A stretch of 32,966 bases of DNA from contig JACCSC010000253.1 in the NCBI GenBank assembly GCA_013813215.1, positions 1 to 32,966 of the forward strand. The letters run 5' to 3'. The DNA is from Geodermatophilaceae bacterium. GTDB taxonomy: Bacteria > Actinomycetota > Actinomycetes > Mycobacteriales > Geodermatophilaceae. Shown here one piece after another: positions 11,333-19,598 of this stretch. The translations under genes and the position numbers were made by a program. Within the stretch, counting starts at the first letter, position 1. Each line of letters opens with the position of its first letter. The notes beneath the pieces are model-generated. The model did not search any database and was not told the origin of the DNA. It saw nothing but the letters and a program-made list of their open reading frames with translations.

Positions 11333-12985
11333 GTGCTCACGGTGGCGACGTGTCTGCCCGAGCGGCCCAGCTTCACCACCGAGTCCGAGCGCATGGTGTG
11401 GCGGTTGGTGCGCGAGCAGCTGCCCCCCGACGCCATCCTGCTGGCAAATTACCGGGTGACCGACCGGACCAAGGACCACGAGGCCGACCTGGTTGTCGTC
11501 CTGCCCGGCGCCGGCATCGCCGTGGTCGAGGTCAAGGGGCGCAGCGCGCGGCACGACGGGCGGTACTGGTACATCGACCGTGGCGGCAGGCCGACGCGGA
11601 TGGATCCGGTCGGTCAGGCCCGCGCGGCCAAGTACGCGCTGCGGGCGTACGTGGAGGGCGACCCACGCTGGGCCGGTCGCGAACGGGTCCGATGGGGTCA
11701 CCTGGTCGTGCTGCCGTTCTCGCCGGTGCCCGACGACTTCGCGCTCGCGGACTGCCCGCGCTGGATGGTCATCGACCGAGAGCAACTGGCCGACATCGTG
11801 CCGCTGATCGGGTCGGCGCTGCGGCAGCTGGACGTACCGCATCCGGGGCCTGACACCGACGACACCGCCACCCTGGAGGAGATCCTGGCCGGTCGACCGT
11901 TGCCGATGGGCGACCTGCTCGGCGAGGCCGCCGAGCGCGCCGAGCAGGTCGAACGGCTGACCGAGCAGCAGGCGGTGATCCTCGGTGCGATCCAACTGCT
12001 GTCGCGGGTCGAGGTGCGCGGCGGGGCCGGCAGCGGCAAGACGTGGCTCGCCGTCGAGCAGGCCCGCAGGCTGTCCCGACGCGGGCTCCGCGTGGCCCTG
12101 ATGTGCTATTCGCGCGGGTTGAGCGCCTACCTCGTGCGCCGGTGCGCCACGCTGCGGCGTACCGAGCGGCCGGCGTACGTCGGCACGTTCCACGGTCTGG
12201 GGCAACAGTGGGGCGCCTCGGCCGGCAGCGAGGACGACTCCGATTTCTGGGAGCGTCGGCTGCCGTCGGAGATGGCCGCTCTCGCGGCCGCCCTGCCACC
12301 GGGGCAACGCTTCGACGCGGTGGTGGTGGACGAGGCGCAGGACTTCGCCGACTCCTGGTGGACACCGGTGCTCGCCTCCCTGCGCGAGGAGGAGTCCGGC
12401 GGGGTCTTCGTGTTCACCGACGAGGGGCAGCGGGTCTTCTCCCGCTTCGGCCAGGTCCCCATCCCGCTGGTACCGCTGCTGCTGGAGACGAACCTGCGCA
12501 ACACCAGGCCCATCGCGGAGTCCTTCAAGCCGCTCACGCCGGTCCAGATGCGGATCGGGCCGGTCGACGGCCCGCCGGTCAGGTTCGTCGCCTGCACCAC
12601 CGAACTGGCGCTGGAGACCGCTGACACGGAAGTGGATCGGCTGCTCGAGGACTGGCGGCCGCAGGACGTCGCCCTGCTGACGACCGGTCCTCGGCATCCC
12701 GAGCAGAGCCAACGGCAGGGCCATGGACAGGACTGGTACTGGGAATCCTTCTGGGACGACGCGCAGGTCTTCTACGGGCATGTCCTTGGCTTCAAGGGCC
12801 TGGAACGCCGGGCCGTCGTCCTGGCCGTCAACGAGTCAGGCGACCGCGATCGCGCGCGGGAACGGCTCTACGTAGGGCTTTCCCGGGCCCGCGACCAGCT
12901 CGTCGTCTGCGGCGACCCGGAGCACATTCGGCGGATCGGGGGACCGCAGGTCGCCGCCCGGCTCGGCCTGCCTGGCTCGAGGTAG
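11333..12985 (+). CDS. NERD-domain nuclease fused to a UvrD-like SF1 helicase/ATPase
   Basis: NERD / PD-(D/E)xK core HEADLVVVLPGAGIAVVEVKG. Walker A is GGAGSGKTW and Walker B is AVVVDEAQDF. The C-terminal UvrD_C-like part reads GFKGLERRAVVLAV...LYVGLSRARDQLVVCGD. A likelier start is the GTG at 11342, 8 nt after GGGGGAGG. Confidence 0.85.
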   Translation: MLTVATCLPERPSFTTESERMVWRLVREQLPPDAILLANYRVTDRTKDHEADLVVVLPGAGIAVVEVKGRSARHDGRYWYIDRGGRPTRMDPVGQARAAKYALRAYVEGDPRWAGRERVRWGHLVVLPFSPVPDDFALADCPRWMVIDREQLADIVPLIGSALRQLDVPHPGPDTDDTATLEEILAGRPLPMGDLLGEAAERAEQVERLTEQQAVILGAIQLLSRVEVRGGAGSGKTWLAVEQARRLSRRGLRVALMCYSRGLSAYLVRRCATLRRTERPAYVGTFHGLGQQWGASAGSEDDSDFWERRLPSEMAALAAALPPGQRFDAVVVDEAQDFADSWWTPVLASLREEESGGVFVFTDEGQRVFSRFGQVPIPLVPLLLETNLRNTRPIAESFKPLTPVQMRIGPVDGPPVRFVACTTELALETADTEVDRLLEDWRPQDVALLTTGPRHPEQSQRQGHGQDWYWESFWDDAQVFYGHVLGFKGLERRAVVLAVNESGDRDRARERLYVGLSRARDQLVVCGDPEHIRRIGGPQVAARLGLPGSR

Positions 12986-13099
12986 CGCCGCCCCGGCCGC
13001 CGGCCCCGTCGGACCACGTGCAGGGTCAGTGGACCGGTGGACGCGAGTAGGCCCTCGGGCGGACCAGACTCGGGATGGAGTCGACCCCTGGAGAACATC

Positions 13100-13555
13100 G
13101 TGCACACCGTGCTCATCGCCCTGCATGCACTGGCCGGCACGGTCGCCTTCGCGAGCGGTGTCACGGCGCTACGCCGACGTGCATGGTTCGCCGCCTACTA
13201 CTGGTCGATGGTGGCGATGGCCACGTCCGTCGCCGCCGCCGTCGCGGTGGCGTGGACCGGGCTGGAGACCGTGACCAGGCTCGTCTTCGCAGGGTTGCTC
13301 GGGCTGGCCGCGGTGATGGTGTGGCGAGCGGAGCTGGCCCGCCGTCTGCTGGTCAGCGGGAGCTATCCGTCGCCGGCCGCCGTCGGGCACATCGGCTTCA
13401 CCCTCGTCGGGTTGGCCGACGCCCTTGTGGTGGTGACGGTCTTGAACCTGGGGGCTCCCGGCCTCGTCGTGGCCGCCGTGGCCGTCCTGGTCGCGGGGAC
13501 GGGACACGTCGCGGTCGGCCGGGCCCGCCAAACTCCGATCAGGGCGCGGAGCTGA
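13100..13555 (+). CDS. Hypothetical 4-TM membrane protein
   Basis: Hydrophobic helices (VLIALHALAGTVAFASGV, YYWSMVAMATSVAAAVAVAW, etc.) and high GC3. The GTG at 13100 lies 5 nt after TGGAGA; the track ORF begins at 13037. Confidence 0.5.
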   Translation: MHTVLIALHALAGTVAFASGVTALRRRAWFAAYYWSMVAMATSVAAAVAVAWTGLETVTRLVFAGLLGLAAVMVWRAELARRLLVSGSYPSPAAVGHIGFTLVGLADALVVVTVLNLGAPGLVVAAVAVLVAGTGHVAVGRARQTPIRARS

Positions 13556-13907
13556 CCGCCGTACGCCGTCGCCGCACCAGCAGGCCGAGCCAGGACGCCG
13601 CGACCACCACCCCCACCGCGACCCGCACCTCGGTGATCCGGTCCCCTGGGTAGATCACCCCGGTCACGTATGTGTCGATGAACCCGTCGGTGAGCGCCGG
13701 CCGGCCGGCCGACTGGCGCAGCCAGTTCTCCAGGTAGGTCAGCGGGCAGAGCCACTCGAACACCACGATCGCGATACCCCACGCGACGACCGCCAGATGC
13801 AATGGGAACAGCCGCGGCCAGCGCCACGCGAGAAATCCACCCAGGACGAGGAAGACCAGAAAGGCGAAGTGCGCGACCACCACCGCGTCGGCCAGCACCC
13901 CAGACAT
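13539..13907 (-). CDS. DUF2784-family membrane protein
   Basis: 122 aa. AHFAFLVFLVLGGFLAWRW...CPLTYLENWLR matches the DUF2784 pattern. It overlaps the convergent 13100-13555 gene by 17 nt. Confidence 0.75.
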   Translation of the reverse strand: MSGVLADAVVVAHFAFLVFLVLGGFLAWRWPRLFPLHLAVVAWGIAIVVFEWLCPLTYLENWLRQSAGRPALTDGFIDTYVTGVIYPGDRITEVRVAVGVVVAASWLGLLVRRRRTAVSSAP

Positions 13908-13995
13908 AGCGCCTCCTCCGCGCCAAGGGTAGTCGCCGCGATTCGTTGGCTCCGATGTCCCGCACCGCGCGGATCAGCGCGGCTACCGTGACGCC

Positions 13996-14727
13996 ATGCT
14001 GGGGCTTCCCGACACCATCCGCGCCTGCCTGTTCGACCTCGACGGCGTCCTCACCCAGACGGCGAAGGTCCACCAGGCCGCCTGGAAGAGCACCTTCGAC
14101 GAGTTCCTGCGCCAGCGGGACGGCGCGCGCTTCGCGGAGTTCACCCCGGCGGACTACAACGAGTACGTCGACGGCAAGCCGCGGCGCGACGGCGTACGGG
14201 ACTTCCTGGCCTCGCGCGACATCAGCCTTCCAGAGGGCGATCCCGACGACCCCCCCGACGCCGAAACCGTTGCCGGCGTTGGCAACCGGAAGAACGAGCT
14301 GCTGCTGCGCGAGATCGACGAGCACGGCGTCGACAGCTACGCGGGGTCGCTGCGCTACGCCCGGGCCGTCCGCGATGCCGGGCTGTCCGCCGCGGTCGTC
14401 ACGGCCAGCGCGAACGGCGAGCAGGTGATCGCGGCGGCTGGCTTCGCCGAGCTCATCACGGCCCGCATCGACGGAGTGGTCGCCGCGGAGCAGAATCTGC
14501 GCGGTAAGCCGGCGCCGGACACCTTCCTCGCCGGGGCCCGGGCGCTCAACGTGTCGCCGGCCGAGGCCGCGGTCTTCGAGGACGCGCTGGCCGGCGTGGC
14601 CGCCGGCCGGGCCGGTGCGTTCGGGTACGTGGTCGGAGTGGACCGGGTGGGTCAGCGCGCGGCGCTGGAGCAACGCGGGGCCGACGTGGTCGTGGACGAC
14701 CTCGACGAGCTGCTGGACCGGGAGTGA
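13996..14727 (+). CDS. Beta-phosphoglucomutase-family HAD hydrolase
   Basis: HAD motif I (LFDLDGVLT), later VVTASANG and FEDALAGVAAGRAG. Its stop overlaps the GTG of the GH65 gene (GTGA). Confidence 0.85.
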   Translation: MLGLPDTIRACLFDLDGVLTQTAKVHQAAWKSTFDEFLRQRDGARFAEFTPADYNEYVDGKPRRDGVRDFLASRDISLPEGDPDDPPDAETVAGVGNRKNELLLREIDEHGVDSYAGSLRYARAVRDAGLSAAVVTASANGEQVIAAAGFAELITARIDGVVAAEQNLRGKPAPDTFLAGARALNVSPAEAAVFEDALAGVAAGRAGAFGYVVGVDRVGQRAALEQRGADVVVDDLDELLDRE

Positions 14728-17108
14728 GCGGCACCCCGGCGCACTCACTGGCCGACACCGAGCCGTCGTTCCCGGTCGAACCGTGGGCCATCCGGGAGAC
14801 CGAGCTCAACCGCGCGGCCCTCGCCGTCACGGAGTCGGTCTTCGCCCTCGGCAACGGGCACATCGGCATGCGCGGCACGCTGGACGAGGGCGAGCCACGC
14901 GCGGTTCCCGGGACGTATCTGAACGGCTTCTTCGAGGAACGGCCGCTGCCACACGCCGAGGCCGGGTACGGGTTCCCCGAGTCGGGCCAGACCGTGCTCA
15001 ACGTCACCGACGGGAAGCTGATCCGGCTGCTGGTCAGCGACACCCCGCTGGACCTGAACTACGGCACCGTGCTGGCCCACGAGCGGGTGCTCGACCTGCG
15101 CTCGGGCCTGCTGGTACGGCGTTCGGAGTGGCTCTCGCCCAACGGGCACAGCGTGCGCGTCCGCTCCCAGCGGCTGGTGTCGTTCACCCGACGGTCCATC
15201 GCGGCGATCTGCTACGAGGTCGAGCCGCTCGACGCCGACCTGTACATCGCGATCCAGTCCGACCTGCTGGCCAACGAACCGCTCACCGACGGCATGCCGT
15301 CAGACCCGCGGGCGGCGGCGGCCCTGAAGTCCCCGTTGCACAACGAGTTGGCCGACTGCGGTGACCTCGGTGCGGTCCTCGTCCACCGCACCGAGCGCAG
15401 CCAGCTGCGGATGGCGGCGGGGATGGACCACGAGTTCGACGTACCGGAGAAGGTGGCGACCAGCCTCGAGGCCGCGGGTGATCTGGCGCGACTGACCATC
15501 GCGGCCCGACTGCCCAAGGGGAGCCGGTTGCGGCTGGTCAAGTACCTAGCCTACGGCTGGTCCAGCCGGCGCTCGGCGTCCGCGCTGCGCGATCAGGTGG
15601 AAGGTGGCCTGGCCACGGCGAAACTTGCCGGCTGGGACGTGCTCGCGCAGGAGCAGCGGGACTTCCTGGACCGGCACTGGGAGGCCGCCGACATCGAGAT
15701 CGACGGCGATCCCGAACTCCAGCAGGCCGTGCGGTTCGCCACCTTCCACGTGCTGCAGGCCGGCGCCCGTGCCGAGGAGCAGCCCATCCCGGCCAAGGGG
15801 CTGACCGGACCGGGGTACGACGGGCACGCCTTCTGGGACTCCGAGACCTTCGTGCTGCCGGTGCTCACCTACACCGCGCCGAGGGCGGTGTGCGATGCGC
15901 TGAAGTGGCGGCACTCGACGATCGAGCTGGCCCGCGAGCGCGCCGACATGTTGATGCAGGCCGGAGCAGCGTTCCCCTGGCGGACGATCCGTGGGGAGGA
16001 GTGTTCCGGCTACTGGCCGGCCGGTACGGCGGCGTTCCACGTCAACGCCGACATCGCCGACGCGACTGTCCGCTACCTGAACGCGACCGAGGACGAGGTC
16101 TTCGACGCCGACCATGGCGCGGAACTGCTCATCGCGACCGCCCGGCTCTGGGCCTCGCTCGGGCACTTCAACGGTGACCGCGCGTTCCGGATCACCGGCG
16201 TCACCGGCCCCGACGAGTACACGGCGATCGTGGACGACAACATCTACACCAACCTGATGGCGCAGCGGAACCTGCGGGCCGGCGCCGACGCCGCCGAGCG
16301 CCAGCCCGAGGTCGCCGAGCGACGGGAGGTCACCGTCGAGGAGATCGAGAGCTGGCGGGCGGCGGCCGAGGCGATGACGATCCCGTACGACGAGGGGCTC
16401 GGCGTACACCAGCAGTCCGAGGGCTTCACCCACCACGCCGAATGGGACTTCGAGGGCACCACGCCCGAGCAGTACCCGTTGCTGCTGCACTTCCCCTACT
16501 TCGATATCTACCGCAAGCAGGTCATCAAGCAGGCCGACCTCGTGCTGGCGATGCACCTGCGCGGGGACGCGTTCACCGCCGAGGAGAAGACCCGCAACTT
16601 CGCCTACTACGAGGCGCGCACGGTGCGGGATTCGTCGCTGTCGGCCGCAACGCAGGCGGTGATCGCCGCCGAGGTGGGACACCTGCAGCTGGCCTACGAC
16701 TACTGGGGCGAGGCGGCGCTGGGTGACCTGCACAACCTGCACCACAACAGCCATCACGGCCTGCACATCGCCTCGCTGGCCGGTGCCTGGACGGTCGCGG
16801 TGGCGGGGTTCGGCGGTATGCGTGACCACGATGCGCGGCTGAGCTTCGCGCCGCGGCTGCCGCCGGGTATCTCGGGCCTGCGGTTCCGCCTGCAGTTCCG
16901 CGGTCGCGGGCTACAGGTGCGGATCGAGCCGGAGCAGGCGACGTACGTCCTGCGATCCGGCGCGCCGCTGACCGTCTGGCACCACGGCGAGGAACTGGAG
17001 GTCACGGCGGATGCCCCGGTCAGCCGACCGCTCCCGCCGCTGCCGGAGGTCGAGCCGGTGGACCAGCCGGCCGGTAAACGGCCTCGGCGCCGGACCGCCC
17101 GCAGCTGA
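14724..17108 (+). CDS. Glycoside hydrolase family 65 disaccharide phosphorylase (trehalose/maltose/kojibiose type)
   Basis: 794 aa. FALGNGHIGMRG, KGLTGPGYDGHAFWDSE and the GLHIASLAGAW region are typical of GH65. It is paired with a beta-PGM gene. Confidence 0.9.
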   Translation: MSGTPAHSLADTEPSFPVEPWAIRETELNRAALAVTESVFALGNGHIGMRGTLDEGEPRAVPGTYLNGFFEERPLPHAEAGYGFPESGQTVLNVTDGKLIRLLVSDTPLDLNYGTVLAHERVLDLRSGLLVRRSEWLSPNGHSVRVRSQRLVSFTRRSIAAICYEVEPLDADLYIAIQSDLLANEPLTDGMPSDPRAAAALKSPLHNELADCGDLGAVLVHRTERSQLRMAAGMDHEFDVPEKVATSLEAAGDLARLTIAARLPKGSRLRLVKYLAYGWSSRRSASALRDQVEGGLATAKLAGWDVLAQEQRDFLDRHWEAADIEIDGDPELQQAVRFATFHVLQAGARAEEQPIPAKGLTGPGYDGHAFWDSETFVLPVLTYTAPRAVCDALKWRHSTIELARERADMLMQAGAAFPWRTIRGEECSGYWPAGTAAFHVNADIADATVRYLNATEDEVFDADHGAELLIATARLWASLGHFNGDRAFRITGVTGPDEYTAIVDDNIYTNLMAQRNLRAGADAAERQPEVAERREVTVEEIESWRAAAEAMTIPYDEGLGVHQQSEGFTHHAEWDFEGTTPEQYPLLLHFPYFDIYRKQVIKQADLVLAMHLRGDAFTAEEKTRNFAYYEARTVRDSSLSAATQAVIAAEVGHLQLAYDYWGEAALGDLHNLHHNSHHGLHIASLAGAWTVAVAGFGGMRDHDARLSFAPRLPPGISGLRFRLQFRGRGLQVRIEPEQATYVLRSGAPLTVWHHGEELEVTADAPVSRPLPPLPEVEPVDQPAGKRPRRRTARS

Positions 17109-17209
17109 TCGCGCCGCCCGGCTGGGGCCGACCGAGGGGCCGGGTTCCCGCCGAGATACCGGAAGCGGTAGAACGACGCAGCACATCACCGTCCGTCCCT
17201 GGAGCTGCC

Positions 17210-17827
17210 GTGATCACCCTGACCGCCGACAAGCGGGTACTGGTCGCCGAGATCAACAACGATTCCCTGCGCGCCGCCCAGGGCTCGATGGTCGCCTTCG
17301 AGGGCTCGGTGGAGTTCGTCGGCGCCAAGATGGGTGGGGGCGACGGCTTCCGGGCCGCGCTCAAGCGCAGGGTCGCGGGGGAGAGCCTGGACCTGATGGA
17401 GGCGCGGGGCACCGGCCGGGTCTTCTTCGCCGAGGACGCCCTCGACGTCACCGTGCTGGATGTCGGCGGCTCCCGGTTGACCCTCGAGAGCGACCACATC
17501 CTGGCCGTCACCCCCGGGCTCCGGCTGGACGTGCAGTTCGCCGGCCTGCGCGGCATGACCAGCGGCCAGGGCCTGGCCACGACGACGGTCGACGGGCAGG
17601 GCCAGATCGCGGTCAAGAGCGACGGGCCGATCTTCGGCCTGGAGGCCAGCCCTGGGCAGGACGTCGTCGTCGACCCCGACGCCTACGTCGGCTCCTACGG
17701 CAACCTGCAGATGTCGATGGTCTCCGGGGTGTCGTGGAAGTCCCTCGTCGGCGAGGGCACCGGCGAACCGTTCTCGCTGCGGTTCACCGGCCACGGCCTG
17801 GTCTACGTCCAGTCCGCGGAGCGCTGA
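17210..17827 (+). CDS. AIM24 (DUF124) family protein, paralogue 1
   Basis: 205 aa, GTG start after CTGGAG. AAQGSMVAFEGSVEF...EPFSLRFTGHGLVYVQS follows the AIM24 pattern. Confidence 0.85.
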   Translation: MITLTADKRVLVAEINNDSLRAAQGSMVAFEGSVEFVGAKMGGGDGFRAALKRRVAGESLDLMEARGTGRVFFAEDALDVTVLDVGGSRLTLESDHILAVTPGLRLDVQFAGLRGMTSGQGLATTTVDGQGQIAVKSDGPIFGLEASPGQDVVVDPDAYVGSYGNLQMSMVSGVSWKSLVGEGTGEPFSLRFTGHGLVYVQSAER

Positions 17828-17830
17828 GTC

Positions 17831-18478
17831 ATGCTGTTCGAACAGGTCAACAACAAGGTAGTGCGGGCCCACGTCACGGCTCAGAGCCCGGTGCTCGCCC
17901 GCCGCGGGGCAATGCTGGGGTACTCCGGGGCGGTGGCCTTCCGGCCCGTCCGCGGGCAGGGCGGTGGGGTCGGGGGGTTCGTCGGAGCGGCGATGTCGGG
18001 GGAGAGCAACCCGATGATGGCCAGCGAGGGCGACGGGGCGGTGCTGTACGGCTACAAGGGCCTGTACGTCACCGTGATCGACCTCGACGGCAGCTACCCG
18101 CTGACCTGCGAGGCCGACCGGTTGCTGGCCCACGACGCGAACCTGCAGACCAGCGTGCAGTTCGTCGGTTCGGGCGGTGTGCGCGCGGCGGTTCGCGGCG
18201 CGATGACCGGCCAGGGACTGTTCACCACGCTCGTGCACGGCCGGGGTCCGGTGGCGCTGCTCTCGCACGGCGGCGCGTTCCCGCTCCAGGTCACCGGCCA
18301 GTGGCCGGTAGGGGTCGACCCGCAGGCGTACGTCGGGCACACCGGAAACCTCAGCCTGGACCTCAAGGCCAAGGTCGGGTTCCGCGATCTCACCGGCCGC
18401 GGGTCGGGCGAGGCGTTCACGTTGCAGGTGACCGGGCAGGGCACTGTCTACGTCCAGGCCAGCGAACAGAAGTTCTGA
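17831..18478 (+). CDS. AIM24 (DUF124) family protein, paralogue 2
   Basis: 215 aa, starting 3 nt after paralogue 1. ARRGAMLGYSGAVAF...GEAFTLQVTGQGTVYVQASE parallels paralogue 1. Confidence 0.85.
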   Translation: MLFEQVNNKVVRAHVTAQSPVLARRGAMLGYSGAVAFRPVRGQGGGVGGFVGAAMSGESNPMMASEGDGAVLYGYKGLYVTVIDLDGSYPLTCEADRLLAHDANLQTSVQFVGSGGVRAAVRGAMTGQGLFTTLVHGRGPVALLSHGGAFPLQVTGQWPVGVDPQAYVGHTGNLSLDLKAKVGFRDLTGRGSGEAFTLQVTGQGTVYVQASEQKF

Positions 18479-18489
18479 GGGAGACCGAC

Positions 18490-19236
18490 ATGGCCGGACC
18501 CAGCGTGTTCACCGCCCAGTCGTTGCCCGACGGCGACAACGTCAACCCCTACGTCTACTCGATCGGCCTGGCCGGCGAGTGGTTCATCAGCAAGGGCGCC
18601 ATGCTCGCCTACTACGGCAACATCCGCTTCGAGGCGGTCAGCCGCTACGCCTCGGTACGCGATTTCGTCGCCGCGCAGTTCGCCAGCCCCGTCTACGTGC
18701 AGGACTGGGTGGTGGCCGAAGGCCAGGGCAAGCTGGTCATCGGGGACCGCGGCTTCGATCTGAACGCCTACGACCTGGACGACGGCAACCTGACCATCAA
18801 GGCCTCCAACCTGCTGGCCTTCGACACCCGGCTCGCGCTGAAGCAGTCGATCGTGCCGGGGTTCGTGGTGCTGATCGGCACCGGCCGGTTCATCGCCTCG
18901 TCGAACGGCCCGGTGATCTTCGTCGAGCCGCCGTTCCGGGCGGATCCCGAGGCATTGCTCGGCTGGGCGGACTGCCCCTCACCGGCGGTGCACCACGACG
19001 CGGCCTGGATGGCCGCCTCGTTCGCCGGGGCGCTGCAGGGGGCCTTGGGCCGGACGTCGGGGGAGGAGAAGCAGTACGACTTCACCGGCACCGGGACGGT
19101 CCTGATGCAGTCCTCGGAGATCGCCCGGGCGGACCCCGCGGTACTGCGGCTGATCGAGGACCAGACCCGGCTGCTGACCGACGCCCAGGCGGGGTCGCTC
19201 GGACAGCAGCTCATGGCCCGGGTCCAGCAGCGCTGA
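18490..19236 (+). CDS. AIM24 (DUF124) family protein, divergent paralogue 3 with a C-terminal extension
   Basis: This is the last 248 aa of track ORF 17011..19236, with an ATG 6 nt after GGGAGA. SKGAMLAYYGNIRFE...YDFTGTGTVLMQSSE parallels the other two, and a roughly 40-aa helical tail follows. Confidence 0.8.
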   Translation: MAGPSVFTAQSLPDGDNVNPYVYSIGLAGEWFISKGAMLAYYGNIRFEAVSRYASVRDFVAAQFASPVYVQDWVVAEGQGKLVIGDRGFDLNAYDLDDGNLTIKASNLLAFDTRLALKQSIVPGFVVLIGTGRFIASSNGPVIFVEPPFRADPEALLGWADCPSPAVHHDAAWMAASFAGALQGALGRTSGEEKQYDFTGTGTVLMQSSEIARADPAVLRLIEDQTRLLTDAQAGSLGQQLMARVQQR

Positions 19237-19241
19237 GCCCG

Positions 19242-19291
19242 CGGCGGTCAGGGGCCCCCGGCGGTCAGGGGCCCCGGCGGTCAGGCGACCC
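19242..19291. repeat. 17-bp tandem direct repeat, two exact copies plus one degenerate copy
   Basis: CGGCGGTCAGGGGCCCC occurs at 19242-19258 and again at 19259-19275. GGCGGTCAGGCGACCC follows at 19276-19291 and contains the real stop codon (TCA at 19281-19283, minus strand) of the YciI gene. Confidence 0.9.
19251..19275. terminator. Possible bidirectional GC hairpin between convergent genes
   Basis: GGGGCCCC (19251-58) can pair with GGGGCCCC (19268-75), giving an 8-bp all-GC stem and a 9-nt loop. There is no U-tract. Confidence 0.3.
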
Positions 19292-19598
19292 GGCCGAAAG
19301 GACGGGCGCGCAGCCCGGTCCACACACCGTTGACGTAGTACACGTCCGCCCGACACACCTCCAGCACCGCCTGCTCGCTGTCGCCACGGACCAGCACCAG
19401 CGAAGACGACAGGTCGTCGAACGCGCCGGCCTCGATGAGCGTCCCGGCCGCCTTGAGCTCCACGATCCGTGCCAGGTGCTCGGCCCGGAACTGCGGCCGG
19501 CGTTCGGCGGCGTCGGCGGCGTACGTCGCCTCGACCACCCACACGTGCTCAACCGCGGGCAGTGCGGGGGTCATCGCGGCGCCCCCCGTGGCGGTCAC
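19281..19598 (-). CDS. YciI-family protein
   Basis: VWVVEATYAADAAERRPQFRAEHLARIVELKAAGTLIEAGAF...VYYVNGVW follows the YciI pattern. The GTG at 19598 overlaps the upstream stop (GTGA). An alternative ATG lies at 19574. Confidence 0.8.
   Translation of the reverse strand: MTATGGAAMTPALPAVEHVWVVEATYAADAAERRPQFRAEHLARIVELKAAGTLIEAGAFDDLSSSLVLVRGDSEQAVLEVCRADVYYVNGVWTGLRARPFGRVA

Noticed and set aside
9049-11436. A 795-aa minus-strand ORF antisense to the APC permease and the ASCH-like gene.
   Set aside because: The composition is dominated by R/D/G/E/Q runs with no recognisable domain. The plus-strand frames carry clear transporter helices and G/C-rich third positions.
13363-14748. A 461-aa minus-strand ORF. 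The 427-aa ORF at 15546..16829 and the 339-aa ORF at 24318..25337 are similar cases.
   Set aside because: They are antisense to the beta-PGM, GH65 and SDR genes respectively. They are low-complexity R/G/P/A/D-rich translations without domains.
17109-17209. A CCCGGC...GCCGGG hairpin after the GH65 gene as an intrinsic terminator.
   Set aside because: The stem is only 6-7 bp, the loop is about 14 nt and there is no real U-tract. This is too weak to call.
17011-18489. The N-terminal 490 aa of track ORF 17011..19236, which would make a 741-aa protein.
   Set aside because: That part is Arg/Gly/Pro-rich. It overlaps the end of the GH65 gene and two well-supported AIM24 genes in other frames. Only the segment from the ATG at 18490 (preceded by GGGAGA) is AIM24-like.
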